From NCBI RefSeq assembly GCF_006345805.1, contig NC_043006.1:56544001-56608000 (forward strand): 64,000 nucleotides of DNA. The letters are read 5' to 3'. Made by a program: the position numbers and the translations under genes. This DNA is from Octopus sinensis. Its lineage: Eukaryota. Shown piece after piece: positions 39,141 through 51,006 of the stretch (position 1 is its first letter; each line of letters starts with the position of its first letter). The notes beneath the pieces were generated by a model. That model worked only from the letters and a program-made list of their open reading frames with translations, had not been told where the DNA came from and did not search any database.

Positions 39141-40048
39141 AGTGGTATAAATATCAATACAATTTTTCCCCTTCCCCCCTTTTTTCTCTCTTCCCTTCTC
39201 CAAACTCACAGACACCCACACACGCACACACACACACACACTCACACACACACAGACACACACACACACCTCCACAAAACTATCATAAAAAGTGGAAAGA
39301 ATTCTTAAACCCAAAAAAGCATTTGACCATTAAACACACACACACTCTCTCACAATGATAAAAGGAAATATAATTTATGGCCTGCCTCCCCGTCACCATA
39401 CACTCAGTGACACTGTAAAGTGGTCAAAACTGAAATTCTTTCTTTTTTTCCTTGGAGTCAATATTCTGTCCAGCAGACCAAAACAATTCTTTTCTTCTTC
39501 TTCCCTCTCCCTTCCCCTCTTTCTCTTTAGCACTCATCCCAGATACAAAAACACACACACACACGCACACACACATACACACATGTTCTCTATCTCACTT
39601 TCTCCTCATCCATCACCCTCTTGTACTGTCTTATATTCCTCCCCACCACTACAAAACTCTATAAAATCTCCTCACACAGGAACTTAGTTTGATTTGAAAA
39701 CCCCACTAGAATGGTAGAAAGCGCTATTGATCTAAGTGATATAATATATATATAAAAAATGTAATATACAAGTAAATATCTGTAAATATAAACCATCCGA
39801 TCTTCTGAGTACCTCATTTCTTCTAATGTATAATACCTGTACTTCATCTCCAAACCTTCCAGTATATATATATATGTATATAATAGTTATCGCCATACTA
39901 ATATGGCATTCTTATAAAAATAAGAAAAAAGCTGTCCGCTTATTAGCTCCATGAGGCCATCGCCTTAAGTTAGCTATTTGATACACAAACTGTATCCATA
40001 TAACCTTCGAACAAGGGAGGTCAGTCGCTCCACACTACTTGACCGGCA

Positions 40049-40090
40049 GCTACAGACGCGTTTCGGGGTATTGCCCCTTTTCAATGCAGC
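40049..40090 (-). ncRNA. Hammerhead ribozyme, U3:A8 variant (inverted copy)
   Basis: Reverse complement of the 40267-40308 motif. Confidence 0.75.
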
Positions 40091-40266
40091 GTAGCCAGCC
40101 AGTAGGTGTCGCTTCCGACAATCTCTGTTCGATGGTTTTATTTACCTAGTTTCGGTGGAATACATCCACTTGTTTTCAATAATATAAATATTAAAATTCC
40201 ACCGAAACTAGGTAAATAAAACCATCGAACAGAGATTGTCGGAAGCGACACCTACTGGCTGGCTAC

Positions 40267-40308
40267 GCTGCATTGAAAAGGGGCAATACCCCGAAACGCG
40301 TCTGTAGC
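40267..40308 (+). ncRNA. Hammerhead ribozyme, U3:A8 variant
   Basis: GCUGCA-UUGAAAA-GGGG(caaua)CCCC-GAAAC-GC-GUC-UGUAGC. Confidence 0.78.
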
Positions 40309-40623
40309 TGCCGGTCAAGTAGTGTGGAGCGACTGACCTCCCTTGTTCGAAGGTTATATGGATACGTTTGTGTATCAAATAGCTAACTTAAGGCGATGGC
40401 CTCATGGGCTAATAAGCGGACAGCTTTTTTCTTATTTTTATAAGAATGCCATATTAGTATGGCGATAACTATTATTTTCCGGGAACGCTGCCGCTGTTCT
40501 CTTGAGAGACTTAGTTATTTTTATATATTTATAGTATTGAAAACAGTGGATGTATTCGACCGAAACTAGGTAAATAAAACCATCGAACAGAGATTGTCGG
40601 AAGCGACACCTACTGGCTGCTAC

Positions 40624-40665
40624 GCTGCATTGAAAAGGGGCAATACCCCGAAACGCGTCTGTAGC
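40624..40665 (+). ncRNA. Hammerhead ribozyme, U3:A8 variant
   Basis: Identical motif in unit 2. Confidence 0.78.
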
Positions 40666-40979
40666 TGCCGGTCAAGTAGTGTGGAGCGACTGACCTCCCT
40701 TGTTCGAAGGTTATATGGATACAGTTTGTGTATCAAATAGCTAACTTAGGCGTGGCTCATGGAGCTAATAAGCGGACAGCTTTTTTCTTATTTTTATAAG
40801 AATGCCATATTAGTATGGCGATAACTATTATTTCCCGGAACGCTGCCGCTGTTCTCTTTTAGAGAGACTTAGTTATTTTAATATTTATATATTGAAAACA
40901 AGTGGATGTATTCGACCGAAACTAGGTAAAAAAACCATCGAACAGAGATTGTCGGAAGCGACACCTACTGGCTGGCTAC

Positions 40980-41021
40980 GCTGCATTGAAAAGGGGCAAT
41001 ACCCCGAAACGCGTCTGTAGC
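40980..41021 (+). ncRNA. Hammerhead ribozyme, U3:A8 variant
   Basis: Identical motif in unit 3. Confidence 0.78.
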
Positions 41022-41253
41022 TGCCGGTCAAGTAGTGTGGAGCGACTGACCTCCCTGTTCGAAGGTTATATGGATACAGTTTGTGTATCAAATAGCTAAC
41101 TTAAGGCGATGGCCTCATGGAGCTAATAAGCGGACAGCTTTTTTCTATTTTTATAAGAATGCCATATTAGTATGGCGATAACTATTATTTTCCGGGAACG
41201 CTGCCGCTGTTCTCTTTTAGAGAGACTTAGTTATTTTAATATTTATATATATG

Positions 41254-41306
<53 letters not shown>

Positions 41307-41344
41307 TGTGTGTGGTGTGTGTTGTGGTGTGTTTGTGTTGTTGT

Positions 41345-41509
41345 GTGTATACGACGGACTTCTTTAGTTTCCGCCAACCAGATCCACTCACACGGCTTCG
41401 GTCGACTCGAGTTTTATAGTAGAAGACACTTTTCTATGGTCTCACATAGCGGGACTGAACCTGGAACCATGTGGTCGTGAAGGACACTTCTTACCGCATA
41501 ATCACGCCT
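41345..41509 (-). mobile_element. SINE family A head
   Basis: Reverse complement of the head (gaacctggaaccatgtgg...agatccactcac). Confidence 0.7.
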
Positions 41510-41840
41510 TAAATATTCATTAATAAAATGTTTCCTATTTCATTTATGGATACATTTGCGAAAAATTAGAGATGTTAGTTAACGTTAGCGCTTAAAGTAG
41601 ATTCAGTTGTTTTAAAAATATGTTGGGTCTTCCTCAGTCGATCTAAGGGAAAGAAAGAAAGAAAGGAAAGAAGGAAGGAAGGAAGGAAGGAAGGAAGGAG
41701 GGAAGGAAACATTAAGAATCGCAAAGACCTATATCTACAGTATTATTTGAAGAATGATATTTAAGATTTGGAATTCCTTAAGAATAGTTGATTGACAGAA
41801 AATTTTCATAACACTAAACTGAGACAGTTTAATTGTGATA

Positions 41841-42346
41841 CAGTAATCACTCCCCATATCGCGTTTCACCTATCGGGCCCTCAGAACATCGCGGGTTTTT
41901 CTGACTCCTCAGCATATCGCGGGTTTCTGCGGCCGATAGGTATTTATATATATCTTTAGATTTTAATTATGGTAAAATAAGCATTTTCACGCCTAAAAAT
42001 TAATAAAGTAATAAATAAAAATACAGTACAGTACTGCACTGTATAACACATTAATTAAAATATATTAAAAGAAAATACGTAGTGTACCGTAGATGAGTAA
42101 ACAAAGAATCGCACATCCTGTATGGAAAACGAAACTTGGGGGGCAAATACAGAGAAGACACGGATACTCCTAAGAGTTTGGGGAGAGTTTATAAAAGCTT
42201 AAAGATATAAAAATAATAAAATAAATATATACACATTATAAAATTAATAAAAAAATATACAGCACAGTACTGTTTCTACTTCGCGGATTTTCACCTATTG
42301 CGGTAGGTTTTGGAACGTAGCACCCGCAATAGTCGAGGGATTACTG
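41841..42346. mobile_element. Tigger/pogo-type non-autonomous element
   Basis: TA|cagtaatcactcccc...gagggattactg|TA termini. Confidence 0.78.
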
Positions 42347-43315
42347 TATTTGGGTCTTGTTGCCTGCTGAACGTGCATACTGTAGCAAAATATCAAAGAT
42401 CGATAAAAATAAAAACCTGGATAGTATGAGTTGCTAACCTTAGCAGTCTCATTTAAGCAATGAGGACGGCTCTTAAGAAAGAATGAAATATCGTATTTGA
42501 CGGCGAATAAGACACACTCTCGCATAAGATACATACCGGCTTTACAAGAATATTTTGTGGAAAAAATAAATTTATTATGTTTAATCATACACTCGTGCAT
42601 TCAGTATCCCATTCGTCATAGGAATTAAACGCATTGCAAGTTTTTGTTACGCGCGTCTTACACGCCGGAATATATAGTAACATTTTAATGAGTACCACCT
42701 CGGATAATTTATAATCTTAATTACAATATATCGATGGAAGAATTGCATATTTTAGATATTATAGTTATGTCTGTTGCTGGTGCAGAGTATTGGGAAAGAT
42801 TTTATTGATTATAATTTTCGTGACATTGGTGTGCGTTTTGCGTTTCTCTTTCTGTTAAGAAGATGCCAAATGGCTGTAAATAACATATGTTACCCACATA
42901 GGAGGGATTAAACCTAGCACTTTATGCTAACGAACTATCACGAAGGTGAGCTTTGCCATTTATGCTGCTTCATGTAAGTAGACAGAAATCAGTTGGGATA
43001 GGTTAATATTAGGATCATAAGCATAGTGATTGCATATCAAGATTTATCACTACGGCTAAGAACCTGATTGTTTTCTCTCAATATTTCATAGAACCTACAG
43101 GCTATGGATTCGTTAAAACGTTGAATAAAATGCTTTGTTAGTGTTTTGCTAAGAGATTGTTACTTCTGATTTCAATTCATTCTGAGGTCAATACTGCATC
43201 ATCCTCGGGTTCCATAAAATAAAGTTCCAATTAAATAATGGATGGAATTCAATTGACAGAACTCTCTTCCCCACCACCTGAAACCTGGGATATTTCGCAT
43301 CCTCTTTCTCTCTTT

Positions 43316-43359
<44 letters not shown>

Positions 43360-44188
43360 CACGAACTTCTTCCCATTTCTATTTAAGCTTCCCTTTAGCC
43401 TTCTTTTTCCAATTTGTTTCTTGTTAATCTTAAAGTATGTTGGCTAAGTAAAAACCATGTTCTCTCATCGATTGACATATTTGTTGTGGTTTTTATTGTT
43501 GTTGTATGTTTCAGGGATCACATACCAATATCCGAACCAATTTGAACCCTTTCCGAGGTGTTTCAACGATACCCTCCACATTCTTGCAGCATAGAATAAA
43601 CTGAACTTAGGACCAGAGTCAACCTTACACTCTCTTCTGTAGCTTGAGCTGCTAAGGACAGCAGGAAAACTAAGCCGCCTCCTCTTGGTCCATTTTTAAG
43701 ATAAATGAAAGGAAGAACGTTCAATGCTGTATATGTTTGAGCTTTTCTTTAAAACTGAACATCTGTTTTTAGAGAAAATAAGGGCAATTAATTCGGCTTA
43801 TGTTGGTTTCCTTTGACTCACAGACATCACTGAAATTCTCATTCGTCTCATTTACCTGACAATATAATGCATGTCTCTATCAGTCCCGACGATGAGCGGT
43901 CGATTGATCGATCAATCAAATTCTTATTCGTGGAATTAAGGTGTAAGTGATTGAGTATTACATAGATATGAATATCTGAATGTAAATATGATTCGGTTTG
44001 TTTTCTCCAACTGCTCCTATGCTTTTATAGTTTCATCAGTCTACAGACTTGAACTAGTCGTTTTTTTCCACTCTGAAAGGATAAACAGTAAAGGAGACCT
44101 TGGCAGAATATGTACCCAGAGTGCGGAGTGTCAGAAATGTAATCCGAAGCATTCTATCCGAAAAGGTTAACAACGCTACGAATTCGTT

Positions 44189-44342
44189 GAGTGGCTGTGT
44201 GGTAAGTAGCTTGCTTACCAACCACATGGTCCCGGGTTCAGTCCCACTGCGTGGCATCTTGGGCAAGTGTCTTCTACTATAGCCTCGGGCCGACCAAAGC
44301 TTGTGAGTGGATTTGGAAGACGGAAACTGAAAGAAGCCCGTC

Positions 44343-44406
<64 letters not shown>

Positions 44407-44654
44407 GTGTGTGTGTGTGTGTGTGTGTGTGTTTGTATATATATGTTTGTGTGTCTGTGTTTGTCCCCAACATCACTTGACAACCGATGCTGGTGTGTTT
44501 ACGTCCCCGTAACCTAGCGATTCGGCAAGAGAGACCGATAGAATAAGTACAAAGCTTCCAAAGAATAAGTCCTGGGGTCGATTTGCTCGACTAAAGGCGG
44601 TGCTCCAGCATGACCGCAGTCAAATGACTGAAACAAGTAAAAGAGTAAAAGAGA
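44189..44654 (+). mobile_element. SINE family A, full length
   Basis: Complete head, microsatellite and tail. Confidence 0.9.
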
Positions 44655-44673
44655 CACAATCATTGACACAATC

Positions 44674-44707
<34 letters not shown>

Positions 44708-45329
44708 CTTAACTCACATTGTGACCGTTCTGATCATATTTATACTGATTCTCTACAGTATCAAAAATAAAAGCATGATTCCAATTCTCCAGGAAGCTTC
44801 TAGATTATCGACTTTCCTTTCACTCTGTTCTCTATCTTAACTGATATAGCATTTAGGGTTTCTCCTTTTGGATTAATATACTTTATTTAAGAGCATGTAT
44901 TAAGTGGGAGCAATTTCATGTCTATTTCACAATCATTCTTTAAATCTATTTATCTTTCTATTAATCTGATAGCTTATCTTCCCCCCCCCACCTTCTCATT
45001 CAATGTCTCTTCCTCTCTCTCTCTCATTCTCTTTCGCTCTTCCTCTCTCTCTCTCTCTCCCTCTCCCTCTCTCTGATTCTGTCTTTCTGTGTGTAAATAT
45101 ATTATCACTCACTAATCACCATCATCATAACCACATTAGTTTCAATCCTCTTCGTCACTATCTCTATTCCCATTAGTGCCACAATCATCTCCATCGCTCC
45201 CTTTACTATACATACAGTTGTGTGTGTGTGTAGGTGAGCGTGTGTGTATGTGTGTGTGTGTTTTTGTGCGTGTATACACACAAATATATATGTGTAAGAG
45301 AGAGTGAAGGACGGTGTATACTTATACAA

Positions 45330-45390
<61 letters not shown>

Positions 45391-45398
<8 letters not shown>

Positions 45399-45610
45399 AA
45401 ATTCTATAATTATGGGTATAATTATAATTAGGGTTCAGCAAAAATTTGCTTCACCACATACCGAAATTTAGAAATAGCAGTTAAAACTACTATTTCACTA
45501 CCATAAGAAAGTAGTTTTTAACTGCTATTTCTAAATTTTTGTATGTGGTGAAACAACATTTTGCTGAACCCTAATCATAATTATACTCATAATTATAGAA
45601 TTTTTGTATA
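45391..45610. repeat. ~100-bp-arm hairpin (inverted end of a pLTR-like repeat)
   Basis: Arms 45391-45491 and 45510-45610. Confidence 0.85.
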
Positions 45611-45691
45611 AGTTTACCGATAATGGTTCTTTTAACATACCTAACAACTTGGTTAAATTATTAATTAATAATTAGTTAATTAAAATTACCC

Positions 45692-45776
<85 letters not shown>

Positions 45777-45868
45777 GTGCATACATTCACTTAAATTGCC
45801 CTAATTTTCAAAAATGACTTCAAAGATTATTGTGTGCACTTCATCTGGTGATGTGAATAATCGAACTT

Positions 45869-46138
45869 AGGTTGCGAGATAGCAGAGTCGTTAGCAAGCC
45901 AGGCAAAATGCTTAGCGTCATTTCGTACGTCTTTACGTTCTGTGTTCAAATTCCAGTGCTGTTGACTTTGCCTTTCAACCATTTGGGGGTGGATAAAATA
46001 AGTTCTAAGTCCAAATTCCGCCGAGATTGACTTTGCCTGTTATGGTGGATAAAATAACTACCAGTTGATCACTGGAGTCGATCCAATCGACTTGCCCCTT
46101 TTCCCAATATCACTGGACTTGTGCCAAAATTTGAAGCC
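45869..46138 (+). mobile_element. SINE family B, diverged
   Basis: gcagagtcgttagcaagccaggcaaaatgc...ttcaaattcc...ccaaaatttgaagcc. Confidence 0.75.
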
Positions 46139-47324
46139 ATTATTAGTGGTGGAAATGTTGTTTTGACATCCCATATTATGTCGATGCATTTGAATTATGT
46201 CCAAAAATGTACTTCATTTTGTTGAATCATAGCAGAGGTGGAGCATTACAAGAGAAGTGACAGTTAAAAAAATTTTGTACCCACATTAACAAAACGTAAT
46301 TCCTCTTTTTTACAATACATATTTTTAACATTATTGAGCCGCGGCTGTCAGCGGAGAAGACTGAAGTGAAAGTATTTATTTAATACAGGGCTTAGGGAAA
46401 GATGCGTAGATGAATTTCTGAATAGCCTTTTTTCATACGTTCTCCCCTTATCTCTTGTAAAAACCATTAAATCAGTCATAGAGAGATGACTTACAAATTC
46501 TGTCACATTTATAACTATCGATGGTTTCATTCTGTAAATGTATAAATAAAATTAATGCTATACAAATGAATAAAGTGGTCTTGGTAAAACTAGTCTTCTT
46601 ATTGGTTCGGACTACTTTAATACCATCTTTTAGCACTATGGTGATTTTTTTATATATATATTGAGATGATGACATGTCTGATATATTGTATTAGTAATGG
46701 AGCTGTGTTACCTATGTAGAATGTCTCAAATATGCGAAAGTATAATATACTATCAAATGTTTTCAGTAATCAATCCACATAATTCTGTTTATTTTTATTT
46801 CTTCTCGCTCTATTCTCTTAACGCGTGATTCACTTAGTTTCACTCAACAGCTACATAACACTTTTTGAAACTCATTCTGTTTCTCTTGTAAGGTGTTATT
46901 CTTTTCCAGGTGAGTGGCCTTAAGAGATATCATTATATATGTGAATTTCGCTTAACAAATGTCATTCATCGTGGATATATTTTTGTGAATGAAAATCCTT
47001 TGTATCTAATACATATCAACGCCCAACCACTTCCACTACAAATCACATTCTTTCTCCATTCCACCGGATACATTCTTTACTTAAAATTTTAGCTTCCTTC
47101 TTCCCCTTTCACCACGATTCCTTGCACGTTCTTCCTTTCTGTCATTCTTCCTTCTAACCTTTCGTGCTTTAAACTGGGTTATGTATAGGTCTAATCGAAG
47201 CATTTATATTTCTATCGACTATCAATTGTCTCTCTGTCAGCAACTCTATCATACCATTGTATTTAAACAATGTATACCAACAGTTAAACACGGTTTTCAC
47301 ATTATAACACAAAAACTGTATATG

Positions 47325-47356
<32 letters not shown>

Positions 47357-47589
47357 ATATATATATATCACAATCTACATTGTGAAAAATACTTCTTGCT
47401 CCCAGGATCAAATTATATTTTGATGTACAAAATAGATGTATTTATTCATGCTACTAACATCACATTATACAACCTTACTCCATTGTGCAAACTTTTCCAC
47501 ATTTGCCCAGCAAAACTAGATCAAAATCATAGATTTTTCTCTTATTCTTTCTTTTGTTTCAGTCATTTTACTGCGGCCATATACATATG

Positions 47590-47661
<72 letters not shown>

Positions 47662-47666
<5 letters not shown>

Positions 47667-47850
47667 GAATTCGCTAAAAAACAAAAGACGAAGACGGCTG
47701 TGTAAACAACAAAGAGATGTATTAGTTTAACGCCCGGGAGTTGAGAAAGTCTTTTACGTTTCGAACCTACGCTCTTCAACAGAAAAGAACACGGAAATAA
47801 ACAGGGAGAGAAAATATTAAAAGGTATGGTGGCTTGCGATCTTATATATA
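47662..47850 (-). mobile_element. PLE pLTR-like repeat with hammerhead variant (CUGUUGA, GUA) at 47751-47786
   Basis: Minus strand UUUU-CUGUUGA-a-GAGC(guag)GUUC-GAAAC-GUA-AAAG. Confidence 0.7.
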
Positions 47851-47976
47851 TATTATTTTACTTTTTTTTACATGTTTCAGTCATTTTGACTGCGGCCATG
47901 CTGGAACACCGCCGTTTGTCGAATAAATCGACTTCAGGACTTATTCTTTGTAAGCCTAGTACTTATTCTATCGGAC

Positions 47977-48435
47977 TTTTTTTATATAGGTTTATTAAGA
48001 AACATTTCTCATGGCCCCAGCAGACAAAATGAGAAAGGTTGTTGAGGGAGATCTGCCTCACGAGGTTCGCACTTGCGGACAACCATCACCGCCCGATTTC
48101 ATCCGGGGACCAAGAACACCTGAGATTATCACTGCCACAGGCTCAACCATAAACTTTGACTGTTTAATTTTCTCAGCCTGACGAGCAGCAGAGCCTGGTT
48201 TGGTAGCTGGCTATGCCAAGTTGCCGCCGGAGCAAGTGTCACACCATGTAGCATCCTAGATGAAGAACCTACTACGAGGGAACGGAAAAGTTGTCGTAAC
48301 GCCCGACATTTTACCATCCCCTCGGTCTAGTCTCGTTGGCTCGAGCTGGGCAGGGAAGCTTTATGACCTTAAGGAAGACATGGCGAGGAAGGTGGCCAGC
48401 ACCATGACGGCGTGAAAACGAGAAGTTTGAGAAGC
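47977..48435 (-). mobile_element. CRE-clade-like non-LTR retrotransposon 3' fragment (restriction-like endonuclease)
   Basis: Minus translation FPAQLEPTRLDRGDGK...TFPF...*DATWCDT...PGSAARQAEKIK...EPVAVIISGVLGP; AATAAA and short poly(A); abuts a truncated SINE A. Confidence 0.8.
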
Positions 48436-48550
48436 GATTCATACAAATTCCAGTTTCAATATGTGTGCCTCTCTGAGTACTTGTGTATGTATGTATGTAT
48501 GTATGTATGTATGTATGTATGTATGTATGTATGTATGTATGCATGTATGC

Positions 48551-48918
48551 TTCTCTTCTATTTTATTTCAAATCTCCCAGTCACAAAGGTACAAAGCTCC
48601 GTCTTATGAATGTAGGTAAAAATATATTCACATTTTGAACTTGAGAAAAATCTTGCATACTTATACTGTTCAGATTGCAGAATGTGTTTGAAATTTGCGT
48701 TCCAGATGGTTGATTTCTTTCCCTGAAAGTACCAGCCATCTAACATTTGTTCACAAAATCAAATGCCCCAGTTATTGTTGATATAAATATGCATTTATAA
48801 TCTGGGCATAGAACATGGATGTTTCGAAGCAGTTGCCCGTAGTTAGCCCATTTCTCTTTGATCTTCGTAGAAATATCCACATCAGCAGGGCAGCTGACTC
48901 CTTTAATGGTGCATACTC
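48551..48918 (-). mobile_element. R4/Dong-like LINE 3' fragment, copy A
   Basis: Homologous to copy B (gtttcgaagcagttg, gggcagctgac, aacttgagaaaaatcttgcata); flanked by (TATG)n. Confidence 0.75.
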
Positions 48919-48952
<34 letters not shown>

Positions 48953-49020
48953 TGTATGTATGTATGTATGTATGTATGTATGTATGTATGTATGTATGCA
49001 TGTATGTATGTATGTATGTT

Positions 49021-49620
49021 CGTAAGTATGTCGTTTCTATTTATTAATTATTATAAAACTTCTACTGAGGAGGGAGCCAATTTCCAACAAAGATACAAGG
49101 TTCCAACTTTGTGATGTAGTTAACACCGAGAAATTCACATTTGTAACTTGAGAAAAGTCTTGCATATTTTTACTGTTCCACTCACAGATTGCACTTGTAA
49201 TGTACGAATCAGCCGGTCGATTTCTCTTTCTGAAAATCTCAGTTTATCCAGATTCTCTTAAAGCATTCTCTAATAAAACCTAGAGCTATAATTATTATTG
49301 ATATTAATTCATAGTCTGGATATAGCAGCTGGAAGTTTCGAAGCAGTTGTCCATAGATATCCTCTTTTTCTTTGATTTTCAAAGAGATATTTATATCTGC
49401 AGGGCAGTTGACCTTTATGATGGTACATATCTTTGCCCTTTTGTCCCAAGCAACAATATCCGGGCTGTTATGTTTACATTTGACAGAAGTTTTGATGGGA
49501 ATATTCCACCAATATTCCTTGACTTCGTGTTTATGAATGTACTCCATAACAGATGGATTTTCTAAGTTTACTTCAGGGCAGTCTTTCTTAGGGATGGTAA
49601 ATTGTTTTAGCAACAACATC
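49021..49620 (-). mobile_element. R4/Dong-like LINE 3' fragment, copy B
   Basis: YWWNIPIKTSVKCKHNSPDIVAWDK...VNCPADINISLKIKEKEDIYGQL (RLE PD..D/E motif); flanked by (TATG)n. Confidence 0.85.
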
Positions 49621-49708
49621 GTGTATGTATGTATGTATGTATGTATGTATGTATGTATGTTGTATGTATGTATGTATCTATCTATCTATCTCTCTCTCTC
49701 TCTCTCTC

Positions 49709-49748
<40 letters not shown>

Positions 49749-49765
49749 ATCTATCCATCTATCCA

Positions 49766-49804
<39 letters not shown>

Positions 49805-49820
49805 ATATATATATATCTAT

Positions 49821-49866
<46 letters not shown>

Positions 49867-51006
49867 ATCTATATAAAAAACCCTGCGCGCCTAGTTATAA
49901 TGAAGTTAATAAATTCTAATCAGTTTTCGAGGAGAGTAGTAAACTTTAAATTCTAGCAGAATCGTTGTCTCTATTCCTTCTCATCTCATATAACGAACTC
50001 ACTTTACGTTATACGACATTACTCATTGTCATTCGTAAAAAGCATGAACACAGCACACTCCTATTCTATCGCTCCTATTCCGTAACAAAACATACAATAT
50101 ATTAACATCCCATCTGTTTCCGAATAAAACAAAATTTATTTAAAGATTTAAACAATATAATATCAGGCGAATTTTGTGATTAGTTCGAATCTTGAACTAT
50201 TGCTGTTACTTGCCATTTGCTTATTACTGGTCAACGCAGCTGTATCATTGCTTTAGGAACAAAATTTAATTAACTCTAAATAAATCTAAATAATTCTGAT
50301 GCTTTGGAAATGTAGAAACCATTAAGGCCTTTACAGAAATTTTTTTTTTCAAATGAAAGACATTCTCGAAATTTCCATTCAAACTAGAAATTATTACTCA
50401 TTGCTCTCTTTCTTTTTCATATCCTTCTTTCCTATCTCTTTCCTCTCTTTCTGTTTACTTTCTTAATTTATATTTTAATTCTTTGTTTGATGGATTGTTG
50501 TAATTTTTAAAAAATTTCTTTGTTCTAAAGAATAAAAGAAAGAATGAAGAAAAGAAAGTAACTGAATAAATAGTCAAAAATAACTCAAGTATGAGTTCCT
50601 TTTGTCAGTCTTTATGAGTGTTTTCATTTTCGTCGTCATCACCAACATGATGATGATCATCATGATCATCATGATCATCACCAGCGTCGTCGTCGTCGCT
50701 CTCGTAGTCACAATAATCAATGTATTCAGCGTCTCATCGCTGACAGAGTCAGCGTTGCTTTCATCATTCGTTATAACAAATATCAGATCTAACTGTCTAG
50801 TAGCAAAGTTCTAATTCATCTAGAATTTCTCCACTAATTAAAATTTGACGATTGGCACACATCATCTCACTTCTGCATCACACGCTAGTGGAATACTCAT
50901 GCACACACACACACATACACACAGGGAGAAAGAGAGAGAGAGAGGGTGTAGGGAGAGATAGAGACACGCACACATATTTTATATAGATTACAATAAATTT
51001 TTATAT

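Larger units (their letters stand above)
39881..41245 (+). mobile_element. ORF-less ~357-bp tandem array (3 direct copies + 1 inverted copy), retrozyme- or pLTR-like
   Basis: accgaaactagg at 40201, 40559, 40915; inverted copy at 39881-40195; flanked by (TA)n. Confidence 0.92.

Noticed and set aside
39280-39560. Degenerate GIY-YIG C-terminus (PRHHTLSD...FFLG) as parent of the hammerhead array
   Set aside because: Similarity too weak to assert, and the array is separated from it by its own (TA)n flank
39881-41245. CRISPR-like or rDNA-like array
   Set aside because: Units are fully repeated with no unique spacers, the context is eukaryotic, and there are no rRNA or snRNA motifs
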